This document shows, in pieces, positions 1 through 13,212 of a stretch of DNA of 64,000 bases. Where the stretch lies: the NCBI RefSeq assembly GCF_964204645.1, contig NC_134035.1, positions 2,852,001 to 2,916,000 on the forward strand. The letters are read 5' to 3'. The notes below the pieces were generated by a model that saw only the letters and a list, made by a program, of their open reading frames with translations, was not told the DNA's origin and did no database searches. The DNA is from Tubulanus polymorphus (lineage: Eukaryota > Animalia > Nemertea). Numbering within the stretch: the first letter of the stretch is position 1; each line of letters opens with the position of its first letter. The position numbers were made by a program, and so were the translations under genes.

Positions 1-292
1 TGGGTAGATAACGGATGAAAAGTGAACGCGATAGCTTTGAAGTGAATACTTTCAGCAATTTCAGGATCAGGATTTTACCTAAAAAGTAAGCAGTTGGACC
101 TATCCCAAATTTTTTCAAAAATAAAAACCACTTTTCCGATTTTAATGTCAGTCAGACTTGCTACAAACGCCGTGTAATCTACCGACCCACTAGAGACCTA
201 CGTCGCTTCGTGATCTTTCCGTACCACCGCATTTCCGACTGCGAAAAACACAATCTTTTCCGCGCGGAGAGAATCCGCGTATAAATACTTAC

Positions 293-478
293 CATCAGTC
301 GAACGCTGCTGGTCGTCGACTTACTGCGCACGGGCGTCGACTTGCACGACCTGGCGACCTCGTTCAACGACAGAACGACCGACAATCGCAACTGACGTCC
401 GGTGAGATCCTTCAACGATCCGAGCGTTTTCGACACGCGAATTACTTCGGTCAGATCACCGTCGCCGGCATCATTCAT
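293..478 (-). CDS. Candidate alternative first coding exon of the liprin-beta-like gene (MNDAGDGDLTEVIRVSK...SSVRLM, 62 codons)
   Basis: ATG at 478. Codon style is CG-rich like the confirmed exons. Ends at a perfect donor ATG|GTAAGT (292-287) in phase 0, the same phase as exon 27127-27353. TATAAAT on the minus strand at 640-634. No recognisable homology. Confidence 0.5.
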
Positions 479-771
479 TTTACGCGTCGACTTTCACGCG
501 TTGGTCCCAAATATGATGATGATAGTTATTTTGCGTTAATTTTGCGATAGATAACATCACTACAGTACTAGGAGTCGTTTGTCGACGGACGTTCCTTCTT
601 CCGACCAGTTATGACCCGTAATGAGCCTTTCAGATTTATAGTAGCTTATCGCGTTTACCTGTAGTCGACATTTTACAGTAAGAAAAAATTGAGTAAGGTT
701 CTTTTTAAAATTTACGAAATATCTTCAGACGGGCTCAGGTCGGGCTTGCGAACGCCAATGATATGTTCTAA

Positions 772-1033
772 AAGGGTGGCCACATTTAACTATTTTCCTG
801 ACATGTTCGTTGTTTTCCCCAATTCGATCTGCTAAGAATCCAATCAATCAACACAGTCTAATACGTAAAACATAGACGGAAAACGTTTGATTTTACGCAT
901 GATCTCAGCAAATTTCCTTGACTTTTCCCCGATTTTCAGCTTTTTTAACAACATTCCCTGAATATTCTCATACTTTTTTAAAGAAAAAAAAAATTCCTCA
1001 ACTTTTAACTGATTTCCAGGTAAGTGGCAACCT
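772..1033. mobile_element. Non-autonomous DNA transposon (MITE) with AGGGTGGCCAC...GTGGCAACCTT termini and internal TTCCCTGAC motifs; related copies near 5507-5788, 24720-24846 and 25420-25640
   Basis: Imperfect terminal inverted repeats; internal sequence (GATCTGCTAAGAATCC...CATAGACGGAAA) is shared with the 5.5-5.8 kb copy. Confidence 0.55.
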
Positions 1034-3441
1034 TGCTTAATAATTACTAAGGAAAACTCCTGAGCAATAGGAAAATACATAGATTCTATCGCTGAATAGC
1101 TTAATCGACAGTGATGTCATTTCAATAGAATACAATGATTTGGGCAGAGGCATTTTGACGCTGGATAATTCATCATCAAACTCATGTACTGAAGTTGAAT
1201 TCAAGCGAGAGAATAAGAAAAAAAACATCGCGGAAGAAACATTTCAACTGCCGGAAACCGACTTACTTACGAAGAGGTTTGTGCGGGGCTTGAGGGAAGA
1301 GGAATAATGATTAAAACTAATCGAAGTCCCTCATCGCGCCGAGAAAGGCTGAAATCTGACGTATTCATACGATACCCAATTACGGCGAGTTATTTAAGGA
1401 TGACTTGGGGACCTTAGGGGGGCGGGGGGATAGTTCATTAGAGCCATCTACGTACGCACATGTATACACAGGGGCAGATCGTATCGAAAAGGACTAATTT
1501 TGTAGAAGTATTTTACAGCATTTCCAAGTAGAAAAGTGTCCTTATCCCGCCAATTATTGTTTGAAGATCCCACATAACAGTTAACAGTTAAAGACTTCAT
1601 TCAGAGAAAGCATTTCAGGGTCCTTTGCCAAAAGAAGCCCTGGATTTGTGCTGGATATAATAAGACAAAAGTGAAATTCTTTGAAATGAAACGTCCAAAT
1701 GTTCTGTTTTCACTATAGAGACCTTCACCTTCACCACAACTTTAGGCATGATCACACAGAGACGTTTTCACACGGAGTCAAATTTGACCCGCGTCTCATT
1801 AGAAAGCACGTTCACACTCGTTAGTAAAATACTATCAAAATGATGCTGTGGCAAGTGAGGTCAATAACTTCCAGAACCATTTAGCATTAACATACAATAA
1901 TTCGACCTATGCTCAAATTTGGTACATGCCTGGTCCAACGATTTTGGTCCGCCCATATTTGCCCTGTACCAAAAACCCTCGTGCGCGGCTAGATACGACA
2001 CATTTAAAGGTCACGTTGTAGCAGCGTGTTTGGATATGAAAATCTGCATTGTTCACTTTAAACGCCACTGAAACCTGTCTGAACCAATTAATCGACGCCG
2101 ATGAAATTATTATTAAATTCCTCGCCATCTTTCAGCGGCGTCGAGACAGGTTGATAGATTACTGTTGAGTGACTTCACTGAGATCGCTAACAAACCGGCG
2201 CTACACGTGAAATACCGCTACAGCTCGTATACGAGATGCTAACAAAATGAAATATTCATTGAAAAAAAAAAGATTCTCTTAATTTTCTAATAATCGGAAA
2301 AACCAGTATTTTCTTATCATTCCTAGCCGCAGGGGAGAGCTTAGAAGGTCTTACAAGACTTTCGTACAACCCTCTAAGTAGTGCCCATTCATCTTAAAAC
2401 ACTTATTTCTAAAGGGCACAATCTTTTATTTCAATTTCTGTAAAATGAAAGCATGATTTTGTCGAAAAGCCTGGAAAGTAGCATGGGCAGAATCATGCCC
2501 TTTTCTCAACAGTTTATCGTTAAAACGTTTGGTAAGCCACACAGGTATGTCGCTGTTGACAACTAAAGAAATGCCCAGTAAACCATACCTGACCTCATGT
2601 AACTGGTCAAGTGTACAAACGGCCATTAGTATACGGATAAACCTCGGTGAGATACTGACCAACATCGACCACCCAGACATCAGCCGTCGTCGTCAATCTG
2701 ATGTAGTCAATATTGGAATACTCTCGTGTCACCGAGCGACAACTCTTAATAACTGTCATCTACCACTTCAGACTGAATCTGCGTAGTTTATGATAACTAC
2801 CGCGTCGGTCAAGCTAGTGTGACGCGGGGGACGCATTCGGGGTCGATTGTCAGGACATCGCATCGCAGCAGAATTACAGAGGCGGCTTATTTTTCAAATT
2901 ATGTAGGAAAGAATGACAAATGTAACAGCGGAAGAGCTTAACACTAGATTTAATTAAATGTGATGGGTTTGTAACGGGACAACAACTAAAAAAATATCAA
3001 ACGAAATCTACCGATCAAATAAATAACAGGGTCAATGCCTATTTTAGATTTCTAAAAATTACATGCAAGGGCAAAATGATACAGGTGTGAATGCACAGAT
3101 GTATCAGACATGCTCCGTGATGGATATTAACCCTGTCAACAATTATATTAACAATGTCAACCCGAGAATTTTTTTGAGGATTGATGCTGAAAATATATTT
3201 TGATCGCTGAAACGTAACCGTGAAAAAGTCGTCGAGGTAAATTTCCTACCATGAACATAAAACGTCATCGCAAATTCTCAGATATCTCACTTATTTCGAA
3301 ACACATTGCGAACATCGAGAATGAATTTTATCGCGACGATGCGCGGTGCTCGGCGGCTCGAATACTATCGGAAACGAGATTGCAATCCGTTTCAATTTCA
3401 CACTCGTACTTAGGTGACATTTCCGAAAGAGTATTGTAAAA

Positions 3442-3443
<2 letters not shown>

Positions 3444-3527
<84 letters not shown>
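3444..3527. repeat. (TA)n microsatellite
   Basis: Directly visible. Other (TA)n tracts lie at about 23875-23937, 24345-24382 and 25669-25706. Confidence 0.98.
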
Positions 3528-3530
<3 letters not shown>

Positions 3531-6473
3531 CGCGCGCTGAAGAGAAATACCAGTGGAGTGTGGAATACACTGGTGTAAGATAATAGTCGACGAGAAACTG
3601 AGAATCGGTCGGAATGAACGAGACAACTCGAGGGGGAAATGATGGCGTAGACGACTCGAAAATGTCAAACGCAGATGAGTTTCATCGTTGAAACCGCGCG
3701 TGCACGCAATCATCACCATCAACACTTCAGATATATCTGTTACTTAGGACTCATCATTGATGCGTACTACTCTCTAATCCCGTTCAATAAGAGTAAATAT
3801 TATCCAAACTTCTGCTGCAGATCTACTCTCGGTTAATGGCTTACTGTCGTCGCGTAATGTCGTACGAGTTTTTCTATCATCGGCGAGCGATGACTGCGGA
3901 GAAGCTGTGGATAGTTCACGTGAAGTACCGTTAGGAAACCGCAATGAACGAACGATACGCGATCGTAGCACTTTCAGTTCGTTCCGATCAAAAACGTCGA
4001 CCCGATCTGTCGCTTGTCGGTCGAGGCGCGATGGACGATTGTTTTGAGGATGTCTCTAAACACATACTACGATCGAAAGCAAAAGTTCTGTACATTCGAC
4101 TGATCATGAAACTCTGTTCTTAGAGAACACCTAGAGATCATCAAACTCGAGAAAAAACAAGAAAAAGAATACCCAAAAGCAGTTTATATAGTTGACTTAT
4201 TGAGATCTATCTATCCTAACGTGTCCTAATCGATCGCGTCAGATGCAGACTTCTGTTGAACTACCGTTTAAAATCAATCGATCAAATGATAAGATTACAA
4301 AGGGGGAATGAACGTACGGACTTTAAAATGCACTTAAGTGCGAGGAACTAATATATCGATCGTACGAACTGTTCAACTATTGTCGTCGCAGTTGACGAGT
4401 AACGAAAATTATTAATGCGAGCCAATTTCTGTGTGAGGATACACGAAATCCGTGTAGGATGGAAAGCCATAATCTGATGATTTAGCCAAAACGTTGCTCA
4501 AAATATATACTATTCTATTCAAGAACTTTCTTTGACTGAATTATTGTGGGATTTCTCTCCTTAAGCCAATTTCTATGTGTCGTTCGACTGATAGCCTTAA
4601 TGTGGCCGTCTTCAAAATAGATACCCTGAAGTTGCGCAGAGGCATTCCGCTTGCAACGTTAAAACTATAATCTGCTAGCTGTCGTTCGTCTTTAGCCGGG
4701 GATCACACAGGCGATTTTGGCCCAGCGCATACAGGCACCAAATGTACCTGGGCTGGCAAACTCGGCACAACCTAAAATGTCTGAGCAAAATTTTAACAAG
4801 GATAAAATTATTGCTTATAAATAGCAACTGGTTCCTAGAAGTGACTTAGGTAATTTATTTCACAGCATTGTTTAGTATTGATTAGTTTTTGTATTGATGC
4901 GCCCTTTATTAGGCACAGGCCAAATTTGACGGTTTGACCCGGGCCAAGTAGTCTCCACGTAATCGCGGCTCTCGTTCCTTGTAATGTGTCTAGACGAAAC
5001 TTTGAGATTCGACCGACAGCTTAATTACATACGACGAACTATTATTGGAACTGATTAGTTCTACAGCGATTGCCCGTATACAGGTATACAGGTATACTGG
5101 TATATGAGCAGAAACAATTCATTATAAACTGATGCCACACTGAGACTAGAGACACGCACGGTACCGCCACACGGTACGGCCACACGGTACGACCGCGCGG
5201 AAAGTAATCTCCTCATTGACAACGCGAAGGTGTTCTTTCAATCACCACCAGTTGTCGTACAGTAATTCTGTGAGCTTCAGTTTCCAATGATCAACGTCGC
5301 ACGTCGAGGAAGAAATACTAGTCGCGATAGATACGCGAGTACTTTTTGTATGATTATTTCACGCGGACGACCCCCTCCTCGTCTCGGTTTACAAATTCGT
5401 TACAGTCTCCTAGATGTACAAATGCGCAGAAAGTTACTTCTCAGGGCCATATTGATCCCTAAAACTTTAACTACCATGAATTGAACCTTCTCGGGGGCCA
5501 TCGAATCCGGGCTGCCTTATATCTGACTTCTTTTACCTTGACTATTCCCCGACATGCTCATTGTTTTCCCCGACTTGATCTGCTAAGAATCCTATCAATT
5601 AACACTGTCAAATACATAAGACATAGACGGAAACTGTTAGATATTACGTGCAATCTATCTGAATAGCTATCTGAATGAATTTCCCTGACTTTTCCTGATT
5701 TTTAGCTTTTTTTCCAAAATTCCCAAACTTTTTAAAGAAAAGAAAAGTCCCCGACTTTTCCCTAATTTCCTGGTAAGTCGTTACCCTGCCTGACTATCAG
5801 CAATCGAACCTTCTCTATAGAACTGTGCTGTGCTGTAACATAAAATGTTTGTAAAATCGTGTTGTTTCCGATCAGACCAGTTTGCATAATATAACTGCGT
5901 CTGGTAAATAAAATATACCGTACTCTTTTTGATTTTATTTATAACTCTAATAATGCTAAATGATTCCTTAGAGAATTGTTGTTTACGACGAGTTTTTGTT
6001 TTTCTTGTTAATTTTTTCAGAGAACTTTTTTGTCTGTCAATTCTGTCAAAGGCTCTGATAATGAGCACCTTTGAGCTCGAGTTCCAACGACGTCGCGCGC
6101 ACAGGAAACCATTTCGCCCACTTCCGAAGTTGAATATAATTATTCTCTAAAGCTAAAACTTCTTGAAAGTTTTCATCTAAAAGCACTTTTAATTGAGACC
6201 TTAGTTTTAATGTGACATATGAAGCCGCTTAAAGTCAGTCGTTAAGTCAAGACCATGGACTCTTAAGAGTATATGGTCTAGTCAACAACATCCAAAAACC
6301 AAGTTCGAACCTGAATTACCTATCATTCCATTCCAGTAGGTCAATAAGATTTTGATTCTTACAAAAAGTAAGCAAGTTTAAAAAAGAAACTATGTATCCC
6401 TGCACTCATTTTGTACATCTCATATCCATTATCCTTCTAACATCTTCGGTCAAGCAAGCATTTGATAAATATA

Positions 6474-6767
6474 GCCGCAATCACACGAGCATTTTTGGCC
6501 CGTGCCAAATTAGGCCCCGGGAACAATCATTTACACAGGTGCCAAGAACGTTGGACCATGCCGTTGCCAAATTTTAGCACAGGTCAAATATTTGAGTGCG
6601 AATTGTTACAGGTTTTGGAACGTACACACTTCACTTAGTTTAAGCATCGTTTAGTGTAGAGTGAGTGGTTTACGTGTGAACCCTCTGATTAGGTACGGGC
6701 CAAATTCGACTCGGGCCTAATCCGTGCCAATTTGACCGGGGCCAAATCGTCTCCGAGTGATCGCGGC
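6474..6767. mobile_element. Abundant ~250-300 bp MITE family with GCCGCGATCACAC...GTGTGATCGCGGC termini (PIF/Harbinger-like); representative copy
   Basis: TIRs visible, mostly flanked by TA/TTA/TAA-like bases. A shared core (GGGCCAAATTTGAC, AAATTTTAGCACAGGTCAAAT) recurs at about 1745-1990, 4695-4969, 10926-11177, 12329-12570, 15723-15970, 23570-23761, 25852-26135, 31400-31595, 33004-33305 and 46044-46526. Fragments at 12610, 16730, 18420 and 20366. Superfamily assignment is an inference from the TIR/TSD style. Confidence 0.8.
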
Positions 6768-7332
6768 GTATGAGCGAGTTCTCATTTCGCAAAACGTTTC
6801 AAATTAGACAATTTCGAAATGAACTAACATTAAAACAAAAACAAACTTCAGCGCGAAGATTAACAGCTGAAGCTGGTTTAATCTAAACGAAAATTCGAGA
6901 GCAGGTAAAAGAGATCAACGAGGTTGTTTTACTCAAATTAAACAACGCGTTCAGACGTTTAAAAGAAACCGGAGTATGTTTTTCAAACAAACGTACTCTC
7001 CTGGAAGCTTTTAACTCCGCTTTAAAACAAGAAACGCAAGAATTACAACAAAGTCTTTTAAGCGAAAACTCGAAACGTTGCATTTGATAAACATTTCTTT
7101 GCGTAATGGTTGGTTTTATCACATCAAAAGGAAAGAGTCACTTTTAGCCTTAACACGTGTTTCGTATCCGTATTCAGCACTTTCATCTCATTTGAATTTG
7201 ACAATTAATTTCGAAACTGGATTCTATGACGTCGACTAATTACGAAGGCAGGGCTGTCAACCTGTGAAACGAGCTATCTGCAGCAAATTTAATTCTTTTT
7301 TAGTAATGTTTCATTGAAATATGAAAGAAAAA

Positions 7333-7500
7333 GTTCAAATTAATCAGTAATCAACAGTAAGACCCTCAGTAACATCTTTCATATTTCTGTTCAAATTAAT
7401 CAGTAATCAACAGTAAGACACTCAGTAACATCTTTCATATTTCTGTTCAAATTAATCAGTAATCAACAGTAAGACACTCAGTAACATCTTTCATATTTCT
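7333..7500. repeat. 56-bp tandem repeat, 3 copies
   Basis: GTTCAAATTAATCAGTAATCAACAGTAAGACACTCAGTAACATCTTTCATATTTCT at 7333, 7389 and 7445. Confidence 0.95.
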
Positions 7501-9921
7501 GTACGCATCACACAAATCAGATCAGTATTTTCCATTATGAAATAGTTACAAATACTGACAGTCAGGAACTGTTGTCAGCTCCGCGAAGGATAGAACAAGG
7601 ATAACAAACGAAATCAACCCGACATCGGGAATCATCAACGCTCTTCCTGCGTATCTCATTTCAAACTTATCAGTTATCAGTTCATTCTCGTTGAAGGACA
7701 ATTGGAAAGCAAGGTCTATACCAAAACCACCGATACAGCGGAATTACAGGAGCTACTAGTGCTCGATTGCTTGTGGGTTATTCTATTAAGTGGACTTAAA
7801 TCCAGATTTAGCTATGTAAAACCGCCAATAAGCCACATGCGCGTTGATGACACGTGATACATAAGGACTTGATCAATTGAGCCCCAGATATAGATCTGAT
7901 TCGTCTCTACCACTTTCCCACTCTCTCTACTCTCCCCTCTCTACTCTCTCCCTCACTATTTACTCAGTTCTGTTATTAATATCCGCAGGTTTTATCGCTT
8001 TATATTCGAGACAAGTTATCGTCGACTTCCGATTGATGGACAAACATTCCACATCCGAAAAGTCTTTGTCTTTAAACGACGACAACAAACAACGCCTATA
8101 GACACAGTTTAAATCTGAAAACTATCATCGCATATTACACCATTGCGTGGCTCGTTATACCATGTAGCAAACTCTCCAAGATTCTCAAACGCGCCCTTGC
8201 ATGATTTCATTATATCTTGGAGGAGCAATCACTCCAAGATTATGCCATAGCATGCCTTTTCTTAAATTCCCTGAATTTTCTTAAGAAAAGAAGGTTCCCT
8301 GATTCCAGGTCAGTTGTTTCAAACTACATTCGAGATTTTGCGCAACTTAGATCCGACACCGATTACTCTCTAATATCGTCGGAGCATTTGTTAAATCGGT
8401 TGTAATTTTCAATTTTCATCGCGCGTTCCTTCTATACGTTAATTAATGTCTCTCTCTCCGTCTAAAACATACAGATCACAAACAGATGATCGTCATCGAG
8501 ATGTTCTCCGTCGTCTCCACGCTACGCTACAGGAGCGAGCGAGCGAACATACGCGTATCGAACTGAAACACGAAAATTCAATCTGGTATCCACCGCGATT
8601 AAACGCAAAACTTCTGACACGAGGAAAAATGATTTCAAAGAGCGATAGAGAGAGAGAGGCGTATGACATTTAAAAACGAAACCGTGCTCTAAAGCGTGGT
8701 TCAGGTCGACTTGCGACCCGGACTAAGTCGTTGATGGAACAGCAGTAGTTCGCATGTGACCGCTGATTGCTGTTTGTCTCAGGACACACCAGCACCAACT
8801 GCATCAACTACGCAGCATCGGCGACATTGACGCCGAAAAACCTTCCCCGCACACTTTTAGCAACAACGACGACACAGCTTCAGGTGCTGCATCAGCCTGT
8901 ATTGTAGGGCAAGTGGTCAATCAATCAAGTTATATGATATTGATCTCGACGAATGCACATTGAAACTAAATCCGGCTGAATCTTTCGGTACTGATGCAGA
9001 ATTAGGTGCACACTCAGGCACAGTCAGGTAGAGGTTGTTCTGCAACAAAAATATCTAACATTGGATCGTTGTATAAGTTATAAACGTTAGATATCAGCCA
9101 TAAAAATGCATCCGTACAATTTCAGAACACACCTAGATAGGTCGTTTTGGTCTCTCTAAAGCACCCTGTTCTTTAGCGCAACAGACCTATGGACTAGAGC
9201 AAACGCTTGCTACATTCTAAATTGAACGTTCTAAACGCAGCTTATCAAGTTCATTTTTCGATTAACTTCGATCTAGATTTCACGATTACGCGTTGAAATA
9301 TTATATTCTTCTAAACGGTTCAAGAGTAGTACCGAACATCGTGACGATGAGCAAAAATTCTAACGGCTACAGCCGGCGGATGCTGCAGCTACCCGAGTAC
9401 CAGTATCTTTTTTTCTTGAAATTGAAACAGGGATGATTTCCCCTCTTTCCGATTGATTTCATATCGTTTCGTCCCGTAAACCCACCACACCTGCCGGGAA
9501 CGAAAGGGGCGGTTATAACTATTATCAGGGCAGTGTTCTCCGTATGCGGGAGTTGTAGAGTGCTGCTGTTTTAAGTGTATGACATCGTGGCTGGTGAAGT
9601 AACAAGGCTTTCAATACCACCCCCCCCCCCAAAAAATACAGAAACTTAAGCTTTATTTTGGTGTAATCTCCTATTTTCGGCAGGGACAGCATATATTCTA
9701 TAAGGGGTGCCTGATTTTCTCAGAGGGGTGGATGTAAAAATGAAAGGAGTGGCCGATCCTGCAGTGTTCAGGGTTTGTAACAACTGGGGAAACACCTGCA
9801 GAGTTTTATAGTATTACACTAGACAACACCATAGTATATCATAGTCAGTGCATAGATCGTTCAGGGGCAACCTATATACCCATCTTACACCCCTCCCCCC
9901 CTGGACTAACACCTGATCAAT

Positions 9922-10472
9922 GAGACATCAGTCCCTTCCACTGATATACAACGACCACCTATTAACCTATATACCCATCTATCGGGCAGCGAGACATCAG
10001 TCCCTTCCACTAATATACACCGACCACCTATTAACCTATATACCCATCTATCGGGCAGCGAGACATCAGTCCCTTCCACTGATATACAACGACCACCTAT
10101 TAACCTATATACCCATCTATCGGGCAGCGAGACATCCGTCCCTTCCACTGATATACAACGACCACCTATTAACCTATATACCCATCTATCGGGCTGCGAG
10201 ACATCAGTCCCTTCCACTGATATACACCGACCACCTATTAACCTATATACCCATATACCCATCTATCGGGCAGCGAGACATCAGTCCCTTCCACTGATAT
10301 ACAACGACCACCTATTAACCTATATACCCATCGATCGGGCTGTGAGACATCAGTCCCTTCTACTGATATACACCGACCACCTATTAACCTATATACCCAT
10401 CTATCGGGCAGCGAGACATCAGTCCCTTCCACTGATATACAACGACTTCCTATTAACCTATATACCCATCTA
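9922..10472. repeat. 69-bp minisatellite, about 8 copies
   Basis: Unit GAGACATCAGTCCCTTCCACTGATATACAACGACCACCTATTAACCTATATACCCATCTATCGGGCAGC starts at 9922, 9991, 10060, 10129, 10198, 10275, 10344 and 10413. Confidence 0.97.
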
Positions 10473-11553
10473 TCTCTACTTATATCGATTTTATAATCGG
10501 AGAACATATAGCACGACTACATACAGAAACAGCTGTTTAAAATGCTGAATTTTATAGGATAGCGACGTGTGACGGTGCGTCATTATACACGGAGGCAAAC
10601 GCCGCGTTAATGGCAATTCTACACAGCTTTAGCCATCGATGTTCCGGTAAACCGACTAAACTCTGAGCATTCACGCGTTGACAAAAATACCCCGGCCATT
10701 ACCAAACGTGACTCCGACTGCATTTTAGTGGACGCAACGCCGAAAAAAAATCCGCAGCGAATTAGTAAACGATGAGAACGATCATCGAGAGGGCTCTTTA
10801 GAAAATTCATCAGCCATTTACCGAATTGTGCGCTAACTAAAAATCAGCACGAGTTAGATTAAACATGGTTTTAGAGTACGTGATTAACAGTAGTAAGGAT
10901 TCGTGATGAATCACGTGTATCGACAGCCATAGTGTAAAAGCGATTCAATCGGCGCGAATCAGGCCCCGAGTCAAATTTGGACCGCGCCTAATTGAAGAGC
11001 GCGCTCACACGCAAGCCATTCACTGGATACATTATAAAGCGAAGCCGCTTCCCAACCTGTACGAGTCCGAACGCAATAATTTGACCGGTGCTAAAATTTG
11101 GCTCAAGCCTGGTCGAGCATTTCATTTTTGGCCGCGCGAAATTTGGCCCATGCCAAAAACGCATGTGTGATCACGGCTTATGTCTCAGCGAAAATGAGCT
11201 ACAAAAAATTCAAATGTTATGTTATGCTTCGTTACATCATGGACGTATAAACTAGATCTAGTTTATATGTCCATGGTTACATACTGATAAAGGTAGTCCA
11301 TTACTTGAACCATTCAGAAATGTACGATTCATCGAAGGCGAGATATCGTCATTCCGACCAAAATCTCAAACAATATCGCTCATCATCGACGTGCTACATT
11401 GCGTATTAGTGTATGCGTATTAAAAAATTTTCATGCGGGGAACCCGCGCGCGCGCGCTAGCGATTAGTAATTCTAAACGGATATCTATTTCCTAGCTACC
11501 ATACGATAAATACGCCATCGTTACAAATAAGCAGCGGGTGAAAGACCTGCAGC

Positions 11554-11905
11554 TAATCACTTATTCTCAACGAAAAAAAAAAATCAACAAACTCTTCATC
11601 ATTATATACGCATATATATATATATATATATATGCTGTATCTTCTGACGACGGAGGAGAGATTAGTAGTTATGACAATTCAAATCCTTTCTATTTCTCCG
11701 GGAAACAAAGCCCTCACGCGCGCTCGGCCTGTAACTAGACCTGTAACTAATCGCTTATTCTCAACGAAAAAAAAAATCAACAAACTCTTCATCATTATAT
11801 ACACATATATATATATACACTGTATCTGCAAACGACAGAGGAGACATTAGTAGTTATGACAATTCAAATCCTATCTGTTTCTCCGGGACACAAAGCCCTC
11901 GCGCG
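11554..11905. repeat. Local tandem duplication of ~170-190 bp containing a short (TA)n
   Basis: CTTATTCTCAACGAAAAAAAAAAATCAACAAACTCTTCATCATTATATAC...GTTATGACAATTCAAATCC...CAAAGCCCTC occurs twice (about 11554 and 11747). Confidence 0.9.
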
Positions 11906-13212
11906 ATCGGCGCCGTATACGAGTATCACGACTGTCAAACGCAGCGCCAATTCAAACGCGACAAATACAGATGCGCCGACATTAACGGCGACAATAACAA
12001 TATTGTTACGGATAAAATATCTCTTAAGAGCCTCGAACAGACACTCGCGCCTTAAACATATTATCAGTTCAGACACTCGCGCCTTAAACTTATCATCAGT
12101 TCTAGGTACTACACCTAAATCTGTTGATCACTACCTCATGCGAATTCAATTAATATACTTCAAAGCCTGATCGCGATATGGGATATGCCCAGACATTTTC
12201 CAAATAAAGAAGATCGGAACCGGTGCCGAGAAAAGCGCCTTAGCCTTTTGTTGCCGGGTTGCTCGGGTATAAATCCTATGGCTGGTTTAACAAATTGGTC
12301 TTAAGCTTGAGTAAGCCCCCAGTCTATAGCCGCGATCACAGACCCAGGCCCGAGTCAAATTTGGCCCTTGCCTAATTAGAGAGCGCGTTCACAAGCGAAC
12401 CACTCAGTTACAATTCACACATGCAATAATTTGACATGTGCTAAAACTTGGCTTGGGCCAAATCCGACGTTTCTGGTCAGGCCAAACGGGCACAGTCCAA
12501 TTTGGCACCCATGTGAACAGTTTACCGGACCTTATATGGCACGGACCAAAAATGCTTGCGCGATCGGGGCTCATTAGACCGGCCCCTAGATATATAAGAT
12601 ACATCTCAACTTTTAACCTGGTCTGACGTTTTTGGTCGGGTAAAATTCGGCCCGCATCGAACAGTCGCGGACCCGTTTGGCGCCGGCGTGAACAAACGGT
12701 TGATCGGGCGCGGGTCAAAACGTCCGCGCGATCGCAGCTACCGAGATCCAACCGTTCTATCTAGTTTCATACGTAGCCGATAATCTAAGCTTTGTTTGAA
12801 AGCGTTCAACGTTTGAAAGCGCTGAAACTACGTCGTCGTCCCCCCCTGCAGTGACTGCGGCAGAGATTATAATTACACCAATTAGATCCGGAATAATTTC
12901 GATAAAAACGTTAGAAAAACGAGCAATACGCGGAAATGAGCGCTTCCCGCAGACGGCGCGCGTCTACCAGAACGTATGTCTTATTCCCGATCGGAAGAAT
13001 CTATTCGCGGATAAACTCGATAAACAAACACGTCACGATTCGTTTGTAAAAGCTGTCGCAAAATGATTTCATGAATCATTTAAGGAAAAAAAAACGATTC
13101 TTAACGGCGTTTTTGATGATACGGCGTCGAAGTGAAATGGATACGTAATTATCGAGTATACTACAAGCAAAATTAGAAGGAACACCGAGAATCATTGGGT
13201 GCGTGTTGTAAC

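Noticed and set aside
1271-1368. Another alternative first exon (MNTSDFSLSRR..., donor GTAAGT at 1270)
   Set aside because: It exits in phase 2, incompatible with the phase-0 downstream junction, and has no promoter support.
9906-10548. Repetitive ORFs and CRISPR-like periodicity
   Set aside because: Head-to-tail 69-bp units with no unique spacers and no cas genes; the ORFs are artefacts of a stop-poor unit.
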